Numbered from the stretch's first letter, positions 9,703 to 20,843 are shown. The stretch: 64,000 nucleotides of DNA from Myxococcota bacterium (GCA_965140415.1 OZ223209.1:2048001-2112000); one strand, 5' to 3'. The notes: generated by a model from the letters alone, not told the origin. Made by a program: numbers and translations.

Positions 9703-9731
9703 ATCATGGAACCCGGATGGGGAAAAGTCAA
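9703..9731 (-). promoter_or_regulatory. sigma70-like promoter of the radical SAM operon
   Basis: Minus strand TTGACT (9731-9726), 17 bp spacer, CATGAT (9708-9703). Confidence 0.6.
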
Positions 9732-9778
9732 GGATCTGGCCGGTGTTTGTAACTCGAACGTTGCAAAATCGCTTGTTA

Positions 9779-11965
9779 TCACTGGGAATCGCTACGTTGG
9801 TAGATGCCATCCAGCAAATCCAGCATTTCAGCCGGGCTGTTGGTGGGTAGTTGACAGGCTTGATTGACACACACATAGGCCGTTGCCTGTCTGTTACGCT
9901 CCGTATGGTCTTTTGTAAAGGTAGCGTAACTGCTTATTCCAGGTAGGCTTTCCGTGCTGGGACGGAATAAGACCACTTTGTTCGGAAGAAACGTCTTTCG
10001 GAGAGCATGAAACATTTTCCCGACATCTTCTTTTCCTGGTTTGCCTACTATTACAACTTCCGCCGACGGTCCCAGGCCGAAATCCACCGAAAGCAGCAGC
10101 CGGGTGTATTCGAAGGGGGCGCGCTGCACACTGGTGGAAAATGAGCGCCACAGCATATCCGCACGCATGATATAACCCAGATCGCCGGTAATGCGACCCA
10201 GGCGCAGCAAATTCATAGCGGCGACTGAATTGGCGGAAGGTACGGCACCATCGTAAATTTCCTTTTGGCGCGTAATCAACTGCTCGCCGGATTCATCGTA
10301 AGAGTAAAACCCGCCGGAAACCTGATCCCAGAAACGTTCAATGAAATCATCCATGTATTCGTTAGCCAAGTGAAGATACTGGATGTTGAAGGTCGCTTCA
10401 TACAGATCCAGCATGGCGGCAATCGTGAAGGCGTAATCGTCGGCGAATGCGGCGATGGCTGCCTCGCCGTCCCGATAACGGTGCAGCAAACGTCCGGCAT
10501 CGTCGGTCAGGCGATGATGTAGAAATGACGCCGCCCGCTCTGCGGCTTTCACATACCGATCATTTTCGAATACGCTGCCGGCCAGAGCCAATGCGGAAAT
10601 CATTAGCGCGTTCCAGTCGGTCAGGATTTTGTCGTCGAGATGAGGCCGCACACGTTCGTTGCGGGCCTGGAAAAGTTTTTCTCTAATGGGCTCCCACTTT
10701 TCCCTGATCTGACTGATCTGCCAAGCAGAAAGGGTATCGTTTTGTGTTAGCAATTCCGAACGATTCAGGATGTTCAACCCAGTAGCCTGTCCGCTGGCTT
10801 CCTCTTCGAAGTTACCTTCGCTTTTGACGCCATATTCCTTGTGGAGAAATTCCATTTCCAGAGGAGTAAGCAACTCTTTCAATTCCGCTTCGCTCCAGAC
10901 GTAAAACTTGCCCTCTACTCCTTCGCTGTCGGCGTCTTCAGCGGAATAGAAACCGCCATTGGGTGCTTGCAAATCACGCAGCACATAGCTGAGGATCTCA
11001 TTGGCAACCTGCTTGAACAGATCGTCTCCGGTGGCTTGGTAGGCTTTGGTGTATAGGCTTGCCAGCTGCGCCTGATCGTAGAGCATTTTCTCGAAATGCG
11101 GCACCAGCCACTGACGGTCGGTGCTGTAACGATGGAAGCCGAAGCCGACGTGATCGAACATTCCCCCGGCATACATGGCTTTCAGACTTTTCTTGACGAT
11201 GTCCAGCGGCATCGATTCGCCCGAACGTTTCCAATAATTCAGCAAGAATTCCAATTTATGCGGAGTGGGAAACTTGGGTTGGCTACCAAAACCGCCCCAT
11301 TGCCGATCTACCATGCCCAACAGGCGCGTATAGGCGGCATCCAGTACGCTTCGATCTATGGCAGGACCGGGAGCATCCTGGACCATTTCCTCAAGTGCGG
11401 TCTGTACCTGCTGGGCGGATTGCAGCAGTTTTTCGCGGTGGGTTCCCCACAATTCACCGACTTTGTTGATTAAATCCATCATTCCCAGTCTTCCGGCCTG
11501 GGTCTGCTTCGGAAAATAGGTGCCGGAAAAGAACGGTTGTTTATCGGGTGTCATGATAATCGTCAGCGGCCAGCCGCCGTTACCGTTCATCATTTGACAG
11601 ACCGTCATATACACTTGGTCGATGTCCGGGCGTTCTTCCCGGTCCACCTTGATGGAAATGAAAGCCCGATTCAGCGCCTCGGCCACTTCCGGATCTTCAA
11701 AGGATTCATGCTCCATTACGTGGCACCAGTGGCAAGTCGAGTAACCGATGGAAAGAAAGATGGGCTTGTCCTGTTCTTGCGCCCTGTTAAAAGCCTCGTC
11801 ACCCCAGGGATGCCAATCCACCGGGTTATAGGCATGTTGCAGTAAATACGGGCTTTTCTCGTTTATCAAACGGTTGGGTTGGCCAGATGCAATGGCTCCC
11901 GGACTCGAAGTTGTCTGACTTTGTTGTTGTTCTTGCCCTGCCATGACTACGACTCCGATCGTCAA
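9779..11965 (-). CDS. Thioredoxin-domain protein, YyaL/SPATA20 family
   Basis: [42 protein letters not shown] and DDKILTDWN. Start uncertain. Confidence 0.93.
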   Translation of the reverse strand: MTIGVVVMAGQEQQQSQTTSSPGAIASGQPNRLINEKSPYLLQHAYNPVDWHPWGDEAFNRAQEQDKPIFLSIGYSTCHWCHVMEHESFEDPEVAEALNRAFISIKVDREERPDIDQVYMTVCQMMNGNGGWPLTIIMTPDKQPFFSGTYFPKQTQAGRLGMMDLINKVGELWGTHREKLLQSAQQVQTALEEMVQDAPGPAIDRSVLDAAYTRLLGMVDRQWGGFGSQPKFPTPHKLEFLLNYWKRSGESMPLDIVKKSLKAMYAGGMFDHVGFGFHRYSTDRQWLVPHFEKMLYDQAQLASLYTKAYQATGDDLFKQVANEILSYVLRDLQAPNGGFYSAEDADSEGVEGKFYVWSEAELKELLTPLEMEFLHKEYGVKSEGNFEEEASGQATGLNILNRSELLTQNDTLSAWQISQIREKWEPIREKLFQARNERVRPHLDDKILTDWNALMISALALAGSVFENDRYVKAAERAASFLHHRLTDDAGRLLHRYRDGEAAIAAFADDYAFTIAAMLDLYEATFNIQYLHLANEYMDDFIERFWDQVSGGFYSYDESGEQLITRQKEIYDGAVPSANSVAAMNLLRLGRITGDLGYIMRADMLWRSFSTSVQRAPFEYTRLLLSVDFGLGPSAEVVIVGKPGKEDVGKMFHALRKTFLPNKVVLFRPSTESLPGISSYATFTKDHTERNRQATAYVCVNQACQLPTNSPAEMLDLLDGIYQRSDSQ

Positions 11966-12228
11966 TGCAACCCATAACAGGTTGCTTGAAATTGAAAATA
12001 GCGTCTTCTAAGCCTTGTCTTAAAGCTGTGATGGTAACGGTGCATCACTTGGTGGCTACGTCGATTTCATGACGCTTGCAAGGCTTGTAGGTGGGACTTG
12101 AACGGAAAGGGCTTTATTCCCATCGAATCGGATGCGAGGAATTTTGCAAACAGGCGCAACCCTGCGATATCCGCGGTGAATTGCCGGGAAAGGAGAGGAT
12201 AAGGCACATTGGTGATGTGAAACGGTGC

Positions 12229-12897
12229 TTATTTTTCCAGGCCAACGAGCTTTTTGAACTCATCCAGGCCGATTTCTTCTATCCATTTTCCGATTCTGCG
12301 GGATGGTCCCTGTTCTTCGAAGACGGAGATCACTTTGTCGGTCAGTTCTAACGCCTGCTCGTCGCTGAGTTGATCTGCCAGCGGTTGTGCAATGCGGGGA
12401 ATCAGACCGCCGTTGCCGCCCACAGCGGCCTTCCAGCCTTTCGGTGTACCGTACAGTGCGAAATCCTTGATGGCGTTTTCCGCACACTGCATGTGGCAGC
12501 CGGAAACTCCGATTTTGAACTTGAACGGAAGTTTCTTGCCGTGGAAACGTTTGTCCAACTCCATTCCGATTGCATATGCGTTTTGCTTGGCATAGGTGCA
12601 GTAAGGCGTTCCGGGGCAGAATTTGACACTGCGAATGCAAGCCCCGATGGCCTGGCCCGGTTCGACTCCGACATCCTGCCAGAATTCACCCAGGCGTTCT
12701 TCATCGATACCGATGAACATGAAGCGCTCGGCGCTGGTCATTTTAATGGCGTCTACCTGGTACTTTTCCGCGATATCCGCGTACTTACGAAGTTCTTGCG
12801 GAGTCACGAAGCCACCCGGCGCATGCGGGGCGACGGCATAGCGTCCGTTTTTCTGCACGACGGCCACCTGTTCGGCTATTCGAAGTTTTTTTTCCAC
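12229..12897 (-). CDS. Stand-alone nitrite/sulfite reductase-like (NIR/SIR half-domain plus 4Fe-4S) protein
   Basis: PGGFVTPQEL...KMTSAER, RSVKFCPGTPYC and KFKIGVSGCHMQCAE motifs. Confidence 0.8.
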   Translation of the reverse strand: MEKKLRIAEQVAVVQKNGRYAVAPHAPGGFVTPQELRKYADIAEKYQVDAIKMTSAERFMFIGIDEERLGEFWQDVGVEPGQAIGACIRSVKFCPGTPYCTYAKQNAYAIGMELDKRFHGKKLPFKFKIGVSGCHMQCAENAIKDFALYGTPKGWKAAVGGNGGLIPRIAQPLADQLSDEQALELTDKVISVFEEQGPSRRIGKWIEEIGLDEFKKLVGLEK

Positions 12898-12971
12898 CGG
12901 CCACACCTCGTTGTTGTGATCCTGTTGACCGGAAGTATAGCATTCTTCCCCCCTGGGTACAAGCTCACCGA

Positions 12972-13058
12972 TCAGTCCGGAATGCAGCTTTCTCCTTGCG
13001 GGACGTAACCGCTGTTACAGCCGAATCCGCATTCACCCTCGGTGCAGATGCCAGCAAC
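12972..13058 (-). pseudogene. Orphan Cys-rich coding fragment (VAGICTEGECGFGCNSGYVPQGESCIPD*)
   Basis: C-x4-C-x3-C-x2-GY-x6-C spacing typical of Cys-rich extracellular repeats. No plausible start codon or RBS. Confidence 0.35.
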
Positions 13059-13128
13059 AAAATAAGATATGCTTTTACATCGGAAATTGTTTTGAAGAGT
13101 TAAGCGAATATGAAAAACGTTGTATCTT

Positions 13129-13617
13129 TCAGTATCTTTCGTCGCGCATCTGTCGGCTGACATCGCGCTGCTTGATGTCCTCGCGGCGGTCGAAAAGTTT
13201 TTTACCCTTGGCCAAGCCGATTTCCACCTTGGCGAGGCCATGCTTGAAGTAGATGGATAAAGCCACGATGGTGTAACCACGTTCTTTGACTTTTACGGAT
13301 AAGCGATGAATTTCGCGGGCGTGCATCAGCAATTTGCGTGGGCGCAGCGGATTATGGTTGTAACGATTGCCCATTTCGTATTCGGCGATGTGGCAGTTTT
13401 CAAGCCAGAGTTCACCATTCTTGATGCGCCCGAATGCATCGACCAGCGAAGCCTGCCCCGCGCGCAGCGATTTGACTTCGGTGCCGGTGAGTACGATCCC
13501 TGCCTCGAATGTATCTGAAATATGGTACATAAAGCGCGCTTTGCGATTGCGCGCAACGACTTTGTGACCTTCTGCGGTTACGCCGCCGTTTTTCTTTTTC
13601 TTGTTCTTTCCTGCCAC
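13129..13617 (-). CDS. smpB: SsrA-binding protein
   Basis: NRKARFMY, EAGIVLTGTEVKSLR, RKLLMH and GKKLFDRRE. GTG start after GGAGG. Confidence 0.98.
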   Translation of the reverse strand: MAGKNKKKKNGGVTAEGHKVVARNRKARFMYHISDTFEAGIVLTGTEVKSLRAGQASLVDAFGRIKNGELWLENCHIAEYEMGNRYNHNPLRPRKLLMHAREIHRLSVKVKERGYTIVALSIYFKHGLAKVEIGLAKGKKLFDRREDIKQRDVSRQMRDERY

Positions 13618-13690
13618 GATCACGCCTCCTGCGGCCATCTTAGCTGTAGAACGAATGCGATGCCATGTTTTTTTCCGTTATAGCAAAAGC

Positions 13691-16651
13691 TTAGGATTTG
13701 GCGGTTTTCGATTTGGCTACCGTGGTTTTCTTTTTCCGTTTTGCAGCAGTGGGTTTAGTGGCTGTGCGCTTGGGTGTTTGTTTGTGGCTTTTCTGTGACC
13801 CGGTTTGTGTCTTTCCTGTTTTGGAAGATCCACTGTTTCCGAGTTTGGCTTTCAGAAAGCGTCCCGTATGTGAGTTCGAACTCGTTGCGATTTCTTCCGG
13901 CGTGCCAGTGGCAACGATTGTGCCGCCTTTATCGCCACCCTCCGGTCCCAGATCGATAATATAATCCGCCGTTTTGATGACATCGAGGTTATGCTCGATG
14001 ACAATGACCGTATTGCCGCTTTCTGTCAGGCGGTTCAGTACGTCGAGCAGTTTGTTGATATCGTCGAAATGCAGGCCAGTGGTCGGCTCGTCCAGAATAT
14101 ACAGCGTGCGCCCCGTAGAGCGCTTTGAAAGCTCACGAGACAACTTGATGCGCTGCGCTTCGCCCCCGCTTAACGTCGTTGCCGGTTGACCCAGTCCGAT
14201 ATATCCCAGTCCGACTTGCTGTAACGTTTTCAGCTTATTATTGATCGAAGGGATGTTTTCGAAGAATGCTGTGGCCTGATTGACGGTCATCTTGAGGATG
14301 TCGCTGATGTTTTTCCCTTTGTAGCGGATTTCCAGGGTTTCCCGGTTGTAACGCTGGCCGCCGCACTGTTCGCATTGCACATAGACATCCGGCAGGAAAT
14401 GCATTTCGATGCGATTGACGCCCGCGCCTTCGCAGGATTCGCAGCGTCCGCCTTTGACGTTGAAGGAAAAACGTCCGGCCTTGTAGCCGCGAGCCTTGGC
14501 TTCCGGTAATTGCGCCAGCAAATCGCGAATCGGAGCAAACACCTGGGTATACGTGGCCGGATTGCTGCGCGGCGTGCGCCCGATCGGAGATTGATCGATG
14601 GCCACGACTTTGTCGATGTGCCGTAAACCGCTTACCTTTTTGCAGTTGACCGGCTTACGGTTGCGACGCGCACGCAAACTCAGACTTGGAAGCAGGGTAT
14701 CGATCACCAGGGACGATTTACCGGAACCGGAAACTCCGGTGACGAGGATCAACGATCCAAGCGGGAAGGAAACATCCAGGTTTTTCAAATTGTTTGTATT
14801 GCAACCGGAAAGTGTCAGCTGCTTTTCCGACTTCGAACGACGTTTGACCGGAACCGGAATGCTACGTTTTCCGCTTAAGTATTGACCGGTCAAGCTTTTC
14901 GAATTTGCCAGAATCTGTTTGGGCGTTCCCTGGGCGACGACTTCGCCTCCGTGGATTCCAGCGCCCGGTCCCATATCCACCACATGATCCGCGCTTAGGA
15001 TGGTGTCTTCGTCATGCTCTACGACGATGACCGTATTGCCGATGTCGCGCAGGCGTTTCAAGGTGGCCAATAGCCGGTCGTTGTCGCGCTGATGCAGACC
15101 GATGCTCGGTTCATCGAGAATATACAGTACGCCAACCAGCGAACTGCCGATCTGGGTTGCGAGTCGGATGCGCTGGCCTTCTCCGCCGGAGAGCGTAGCC
15201 GAACTGCGATCCAGAGAGAGATAATCGAGACCGACGTTGTTCAGGAAACCGAGTCGCTCCCGGATTTCCTTGAGCAGCCGCCCGGCGATGAATTCATCCC
15301 GCTCCGAAAGCGTCAAGGTGCTGAAGAAGTCAAGGCATTGCTCGATGGTCAGCCGTGTCAACTCGATGATATTTTTATTTTCCACGCGAACGTGTAAGGC
15401 TTCCGGACGCAAGCGGTTGCCGTTGCAGGTGGGACAGAGCGTATAGCTCATGTAACGTTCCAGTTCTTCGCGTACCTGCTCGCTCTGCGTTTCACGGTAG
15501 CGTCGCTCCAGGTTGGGAATAACTCCCTCGAAGGGACGATGATAACTGTGATGCTGCTCGGCGCCGTTGAAATCGAAATGAATGCTCTTGTTTCCCGAGC
15601 CGTACAGAAGGACTTGCTGGACCTTTGCGGGAAGTTTGGCGAAAGGCGTCTCGACCGACGCTTTATAGGCGTTTGCCACCGATTCGAGCATGAAATAGTA
15701 ATAAAAACCGGTGCGTGAGTTCCAGGGCATCACCGCGCCTTCACGCAAGGACAGGCTTTCGTCGGGGACGACCAGTTCGCGGTCGAAGTACATCTTCATA
15801 CCCAGGCCGTGACAGTCGGGGCAGGCTCCGTGGGGGTTGTTGAAGCTGAACAGGCGTGGCGAGATTTCCGGGTAGCTGATGCCGCAATCCACACAGCCGA
15901 AATGCTCGGAGAAGGTGTAGCTTTCTCCTTCCGTGGTTTCGATCAGAGCTAGCCCGTCGGCCAGTTTCAACGCCAACTCCATGCTTTCCGTCAGTCGATT
16001 GGCGATGCCTTCGCGCAGCACCAGTCGATCCACAAGGACTTCGATGGTGTGCTTGAGTTTGCGATTCAGTTCCGGTTCCGTTTCAGACAGATCGATCATT
16101 TGACCGTCAACCCGCACGCGGATATGACCGTCGCGCCGGAACTGTTCGAATTCCTTGCGGTATTCGCCTTTACGACCTCGAACGACCGGCGCAATGACGA
16201 GAAAGCGGGTGCCCTCCGGCATTTTCAGGATCTGATCGACCATCTGCTGCACGCTTTGCTTGCTGATGGCTTTGCCGCAGCTGTAGCAGTAGGGCTGCCC
16301 GATGCGCGCGTAAAGCAAACGGAAATGATCGTAGATTTCGGTTACGGTGGCGACGGTGGAACGCGGGTTCTTACTGGCCGTTTTCTGCTCGATGGAAATC
16401 GCCGGGGAAAGACCCTCGATGGCGTCTACATCCGGTTTGTTCATCTGTTCGAGAAACTGGCGGGCGTAGGCGGAAAGCGATTCCACGTAGCGTCGCTGTC
16501 CTTCCGCGTAAAGCGTATCGAAGGCGAGGGAGGATTTACCCGATCCGCTCAGTCCGGTAATGACGACGAGTTCGTTTCTGGGCAGACTGACGTGGATGTC
16601 TTTCAGATTGTGTTCTCGGGCACCCTGGATAATGATGTTTTTCTCGGTCAT
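13691..16651 (-). CDS. uvrA: Excinuclease ABC subunit A
   Basis: GAREHNLK, two GxSGSGKSS Walker A motifs, LSGGE signatures and zinc fingers. Confidence 0.99.
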   Translation of the reverse strand: MTEKNIIIQGAREHNLKDIHVSLPRNELVVITGLSGSGKSSLAFDTLYAEGQRRYVESLSAYARQFLEQMNKPDVDAIEGLSPAISIEQKTASKNPRSTVATVTEIYDHFRLLYARIGQPYCYSCGKAISKQSVQQMVDQILKMPEGTRFLVIAPVVRGRKGEYRKEFEQFRRDGHIRVRVDGQMIDLSETEPELNRKLKHTIEVLVDRLVLREGIANRLTESMELALKLADGLALIETTEGESYTFSEHFGCVDCGISYPEISPRLFSFNNPHGACPDCHGLGMKMYFDRELVVPDESLSLREGAVMPWNSRTGFYYYFMLESVANAYKASVETPFAKLPAKVQQVLLYGSGNKSIHFDFNGAEQHHSYHRPFEGVIPNLERRYRETQSEQVREELERYMSYTLCPTCNGNRLRPEALHVRVENKNIIELTRLTIEQCLDFFSTLTLSERDEFIAGRLLKEIRERLGFLNNVGLDYLSLDRSSATLSGGEGQRIRLATQIGSSLVGVLYILDEPSIGLHQRDNDRLLATLKRLRDIGNTVIVVEHDEDTILSADHVVDMGPGAGIHGGEVVAQGTPKQILANSKSLTGQYLSGKRSIPVPVKRRSKSEKQLTLSGCNTNNLKNLDVSFPLGSLILVTGVSGSGKSSLVIDTLLPSLSLRARRNRKPVNCKKVSGLRHIDKVVAIDQSPIGRTPRSNPATYTQVFAPIRDLLAQLPEAKARGYKAGRFSFNVKGGRCESCEGAGVNRIEMHFLPDVYVQCEQCGGQRYNRETLEIRYKGKNISDILKMTVNQATAFFENIPSINNKLKTLQQVGLGYIGLGQPATTLSGGEAQRIKLSRELSKRSTGRTLYILDEPTTGLHFDDINKLLDVLNRLTESGNTVIVIEHNLDVIKTADYIIDLGPEGGDKGGTIVATGTPEEIATSSNSHTGRFLKAKLGNSGSSKTGKTQTGSQKSHKQTPKRTATKPTAAKRKKKTTVAKSKTAKS

Positions 16652-16693
16652 GAAAGGCTGCCGTTTCCGTATGTCGCGTGATAAGGATGTGCG

Positions 16694-17719
16694 CTAACTC
16701 GATTGGGATTGTTGTTTAATGCGGTCTGCGGCAAAAGCCGCCGCCTGGATGATGGCGGAAAACAGGCTTTTTTCCGAGGCATAGCCTTTGCCAGCGATAT
16801 CGTAAGCGGTGCCATGATTGGGAGAGGTGCGGATAATCGGCAATCCCAAAGTGATGGTTACGCCGAAGGAGTTATCGATCAGACGATGGGCGATGGCTCC
16901 CTGATCATGATACATGATGATGACGGCATCGAATTCTTCATCCCGTGCACGTAAAAACGCATGTTCGACCGGCAAGGGGCCGGTAACGCGCATTCCCTGG
17001 TTTCTTGCTTCTGTTACCGCTGGCATGATGTGTTCGGTTTCTTCCATGCCGAACAATCCGTTCTCGCTGGCATGAGGATTCAGACCGACGACCGCCAGGC
17101 GTGGGCGTTTGATTTTGAAAGATGTTTCCAATGCCTTGTACGTCAAGGCAATGGCGTTGTATACACGTTCTTTGCAGATCAGGTTCGGCACTTCACGAAT
17201 GGGGACATGACTCGTCACACGGGCGACGCGCAAGTGATCGCTGGCGATTAGGGTGGCGCTGTGCTTTGTTTTGGTAATCGATTTCAGCAGATCCGTATGA
17301 CTGTGATGATCATACCCGGCTTCGTGCAGCATGGCTTTGTTGATCGGACAGGTCACCAAGGCATCTACCTGATTGGAGACGGTCATCTCCGCTGCTTTAA
17401 CGATATAAAAGGTGCTGACCAGTCCCAGATCGGTGCGCGGCTGGCCATATTCGAACTGATCCAGATTGATGTTCGAGAGTGGAATGAGGTTCGCCGTTTT
17501 GTCTTGGGCCTGATCGGGCGATTGGATCGGATTGAAAATCACCGAGCCGCCCATTTCGCGCTGAACTTTACGCAATACCCCTTCATCGCCTAAAACGATT
17601 GGTGTGCAGTGCTCGTAAATATCGGGACGGGATAAACTGCGGATAATAATTTCCGGGCCGATCCCGGCAGGGTCGCCCATGGTGATTGCCAGCTTTGGAT
17701 GCCGCATTTCCGCTGTCAT
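16694..17719 (-). CDS. pdxA: 4-hydroxythreonine-4-phosphate dehydrogenase family protein with divergent active site
   Basis: ITMGDPAGIGPE, LNPHA, MYHDQG and RTSPNHGTAYDIAG. Lies after surA as usual. Confidence 0.88.
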   Translation of the reverse strand: MTAEMRHPKLAITMGDPAGIGPEIIIRSLSRPDIYEHCTPIVLGDEGVLRKVQREMGGSVIFNPIQSPDQAQDKTANLIPLSNINLDQFEYGQPRTDLGLVSTFYIVKAAEMTVSNQVDALVTCPINKAMLHEAGYDHHSHTDLLKSITKTKHSATLIASDHLRVARVTSHVPIREVPNLICKERVYNAIALTYKALETSFKIKRPRLAVVGLNPHASENGLFGMEETEHIMPAVTEARNQGMRVTGPLPVEHAFLRARDEEFDAVIIMYHDQGAIAHRLIDNSFGVTITLGLPIIRTSPNHGTAYDIAGKGYASEKSLFSAIIQAAAFAADRIKQQSQSS

Positions 17720-18744
17720 TATTGATTCTCCTGCCCGGATTCTTCCAGATCCAGGATAGCCTGCTTGGGGGGCTGATTCATTTTAATATCGATGAAGGCT
17801 TTCGAGCGTAACTGCTGTACCCAGGTTTTCATTTCTCGCTTCATCGCTTCTTCGCGAAGGCGAGCGCTGATTTCCGCTCTTGCTTCTTCGTACCCTTTGG
17901 GGGGAACCGGGCGTTTATCTGCCAGTTGAATGACGTGGAATCCGAATGGACTTTTAACCACTGGAGAAACTTCGTTGACACTCAACTTCAAGACCGCGTT
18001 TTCAAAGGCTTTTACCATGACACCTTTTCGGAAGTATCCCAGATCGCCTCCGAAACGCGCCGTCGGCCCTTCCGACAGTTCCCTGGCCAGCGCTTCGAAA
18101 TCTTCACCTGAACGATATCGGGCGAGGGCATCTTCGGCGCGTTGGCGTTGTGCCTGCTCCACTTCCGCCGTGTCGGATTTCAACAGGCGAAACAGGATGT
18201 GGCGGGCGCGGTATTCATATTCCTGCGCTGCGGAAATGTTTTCCTTTTCGTAGGCGGTTTTAACTTCCGCTTCGGAAATCTTTACGCGGTTTCCGACCTT
18301 GGCATTGATGAAGTTCCATTTACGTAATTGCTTGCCGATTTGCTTTCGATACTCGGTCCATTCGATGCCTTGCTGGAACAGCGCTTTCTTCAGTGTTTCC
18401 TTGTCCGGAATGTTGTTCTGTGCCATGACTCGTTCGATGGCGGCATCCACTTCTTTTTCATCGACATCGAATTTGAGTTCTTTCAACTGTTGCTCAAGCA
18501 GCATGTCTTCGATCAGTTGATCCAGCACTTTCGTGTAAATCTCGTTCTTTTTCGTGGTGAGTTGCTCAGGATCGCGGATGCCGACCAGCATACTCTGGTA
18601 GCTTTGGGCCTGTTCCTTGACTTCCGAAAGCAGAATGATTTCGTCGTTTACGACGGCTGCAATCCGTTCCACAACTTCAGCTCTGGCTATGGGAGACAGT
18701 AATAGCAGGCATGCCAGCAGCAGACCGATCATGTTTCGTCTCAT
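17719..18744 (-). CDS. surA: SurA-like chaperone / parvulin peptidyl-prolyl isomerase
   Basis: Signal peptide, VERIAAVVNDEII, ARHIL, GGDLGYF and SPFGFHVI. Confidence 0.85.
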   Translation of the reverse strand: MRRNMIGLLLACLLLLSPIARAEVVERIAAVVNDEIILLSEVKEQAQSYQSMLVGIRDPEQLTTKKNEIYTKVLDQLIEDMLLEQQLKELKFDVDEKEVDAAIERVMAQNNIPDKETLKKALFQQGIEWTEYRKQIGKQLRKWNFINAKVGNRVKISEAEVKTAYEKENISAAQEYEYRARHILFRLLKSDTAEVEQAQRQRAEDALARYRSGEDFEALARELSEGPTARFGGDLGYFRKGVMVKAFENAVLKLSVNEVSPVVKSPFGFHVIQLADKRPVPPKGYEEARAEISARLREEAMKREMKTWVQQLRSKAFIDIKMNQPPKQAILDLEESGQENQ

Positions 18745-19682
18745 GGGGAGACCCTCGTTTTCTCGGCGAAGCCGGGGTTAAGTTCCACCGGAAAACGTCG
18801 CCGTAACGTTTTCATCAGCGTTTCTTCCGCTTCGGTCTTCTTTTCTTCGAATAACTCTTTTTCAAGGTCCATGCGTACCTGTTCGAAAGTCAGTTGACGA
18901 GCAGGCAAATGGTCCGTGATCATGAAGATATGATAACCGAAATCGCTTTTAATGGGTTTATTCGGCGTTCGCCTAGGCAGATCGAAAACCAAATGGAATG
19001 GATCGGGTAGTTTTCCACGATGGACCCAGCCCAGATCGCCACCTAATTCCTTTTCCGGTGTGATGGACAATTCCTGTGCGAGATCCTCGAAGGCTTCTCC
19101 CCTGAACAGGCGGCGACGTACTTGTGTGGCTTCTTCTTCTGTTGCTACCACAATTTGTTTTACGCGCACCATTTCCGGTTGAGCATAACGCTCCGGTTGC
19201 TTGTCGAAAGCGGCCTTTGCTTCCTGTTCCTTGACCAGGATTCGCGAATAGATCTCCTCGCGAAACAGTCGTTGAATGGTGGCCTGTTCGGCGGTCCGTT
19301 TGATCAGGTCGTTGACGCTCATCTGAACCTTGTCCGCAGCGGTTTGCAGATCCGCTTCCAAAGCGGAGCCAAACAGGTCTCGAAGGCGCTCATCCAAGGC
19401 ATCTTGTGGAAGCACGACCTGACGACGTTTGGCTTCTTGAAGCAGCAATTTACGGGAGATCAAATCTTCAAGCGCCGACTGTTGCATAGCCAAAAAGGCT
19501 TCGCTTCCGATATCCGGAATGAATTCATCTCCTGCCAGTAGCCGGACTTCATCGAAAACTTCGCCTTCCGTAATCGTTTCGTCTCCCACGCGAGCAAGCC
19601 AAGGAACCTCGTTGCTGGCTTCCTGGTTGGTGCAACCGAGCAGAATCCCCGCGAGTAGCATTGTCAGTATTAATGCGCGCAC
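18741..19682 (-). CDS. Parvulin-type PPIase lipoprotein
   Basis: Lipobox LLGC, VRVKQIVV, GGDLGWV and SDFGYHIF. Confidence 0.88.
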   Translation of the reverse strand: MRALILTMLLAGILLGCTNQEASNEVPWLARVGDETITEGEVFDEVRLLAGDEFIPDIGSEAFLAMQQSALEDLISRKLLLQEAKRRQVVLPQDALDERLRDLFGSALEADLQTAADKVQMSVNDLIKRTAEQATIQRLFREEIYSRILVKEQEAKAAFDKQPERYAQPEMVRVKQIVVATEEEATQVRRRLFRGEAFEDLAQELSITPEKELGGDLGWVHRGKLPDPFHLVFDLPRRTPNKPIKSDFGYHIFMITDHLPARQLTFEQVRMDLEKELFEEKKTEAEETLMKTLRRRFPVELNPGFAEKTRVSP

Positions 19683-19766
19683 GCCTCGTCCGCTCCTGTG
19701 GTTGGCCCGCTTACTAAGACAGGCGCTTGTGTTCTGGGTCGCAACGCGTGTTGCGGTGCATCTGAT

Positions 19767-20843
19767 TTACTTCGGTTCCGTCGGCTTCGAGTCGTTCTTT
19801 TCATCTTTGCTGCGGGGACGAGTGTTTTCTTTGCTGATACCGTTTTTAGGAACATCGTCAGGACCGGCACCCGGCACCGAGTATTGATTGAGCAGTTGCT
19901 CGTTGATGTTGATTGCGGCGCCTTTTTGCAGCTTCGCCACGAAATTGTCCATCATATCGGTGCGGCGCTGCTTGTACAGGCGATGCTGAATCTGACCTTT
20001 GACCTGTTCGAAATCGCGCTGAATGGCATCGCGTTTGCCGGTCAGGCGCAAGACGTGATAACCCAATTTCGTTTTCACCGGACCTGCGATGTCGTTGATC
20101 TGCTTCATCTTGAAAACCGCATCGGAAAGCGCTTTCTCCAGCGGTCCGCCATCGGTTGTAGAAGCGAAATATCCCAGATCTCCACCACGGTTTTTGTTGG
20201 CGTCGTCGTCACTGTTCTTTTTGGCCAGTTTACGGAAGGCGTTGGGGTCTTTCTTGGCAGCCTTGGCTTCTTTTACCAGTTTCTTCGCTTTTTTCAGAGC
20301 TGCTTTCCGCTCTTTGTCCGTGGCATCTTCCCCAACTTTGATAAGAATGTGGCTGGCGCGCCGCATAGCCGGTTTGTTGTACTGGTCCTGGTGTTCCTGG
20401 TAATATTTCTTAAGTTCTTCGTCGGTGATATCCTCGCGCTTGACCTTGTTTTCCAGTTCATCGCGCATCAGTTTCTGTGTCATGACTTGCTTCGCCGAAC
20501 GTAACACTTCGGGATCTTTGTCGTATCCCTGTTTTTGTGCTTGCTGCACGATCAACTCGAAGCGGATCATGTTATCCAGGAATTCCTTCTTTTTTTCCAG
20601 CGTGTTGTAGCGTGCGCGGATATACGGCGATTGCTTTTCCATGCGCTCGGTGAATTCGTCCATGTAGATCTTGTAGCCGTTGATTTCGGCCAGAACGTCG
20701 CCTTTGCCCTCGGCTTGCAGCCAATCGGAGGAGGGGGTGGAAGATGTTGCGGTTGAGGAACCGGAATTCTTGTCGCAGCAGCCGAAAACGAGCAAGCCCA
20801 GCCCAAGCACGATCATATTCAAGAATAGGATTGTCCTTGTCAT
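19767..20843 (-). CDS. Parvulin-type PPIase lipoprotein (PrsA-like)
   Basis: Lipobox VFGC, RASHILIK, GGDLGYF and TKLGYHVL. Start after GGAGG. Confidence 0.9.
   Translation of the reverse strand: MTRTILFLNMIVLGLGLLVFGCCDKNSGSSTATSSTPSSDWLQAEGKGDVLAEINGYKIYMDEFTERMEKQSPYIRARYNTLEKKKEFLDNMIRFELIVQQAQKQGYDKDPEVLRSAKQVMTQKLMRDELENKVKREDITDEELKKYYQEHQDQYNKPAMRRASHILIKVGEDATDKERKAALKKAKKLVKEAKAAKKDPNAFRKLAKKNSDDDANKNRGGDLGYFASTTDGGPLEKALSDAVFKMKQINDIAGPVKTKLGYHVLRLTGKRDAIQRDFEQVKGQIQHRLYKQRRTDMMDNFVAKLQKGAAININEQLLNQYSVPGAGPDDVPKNGISKENTRPRSKDEKNDSKPTEPK

Noticed and set aside
12090-12106. Minus-strand GTTCAAGTCCCACC resembling a tRNA or tmRNA T-loop
   Set aside because: The flanking bases do not form a T-stem or acceptor stem, and there is no cloverleaf.
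12907-13128. Possible ssrA (tmRNA) next to smpB
   Set aside because: The gap is only about 220 bp and lacks the GGGG 5' end and CCACCA 3' end.
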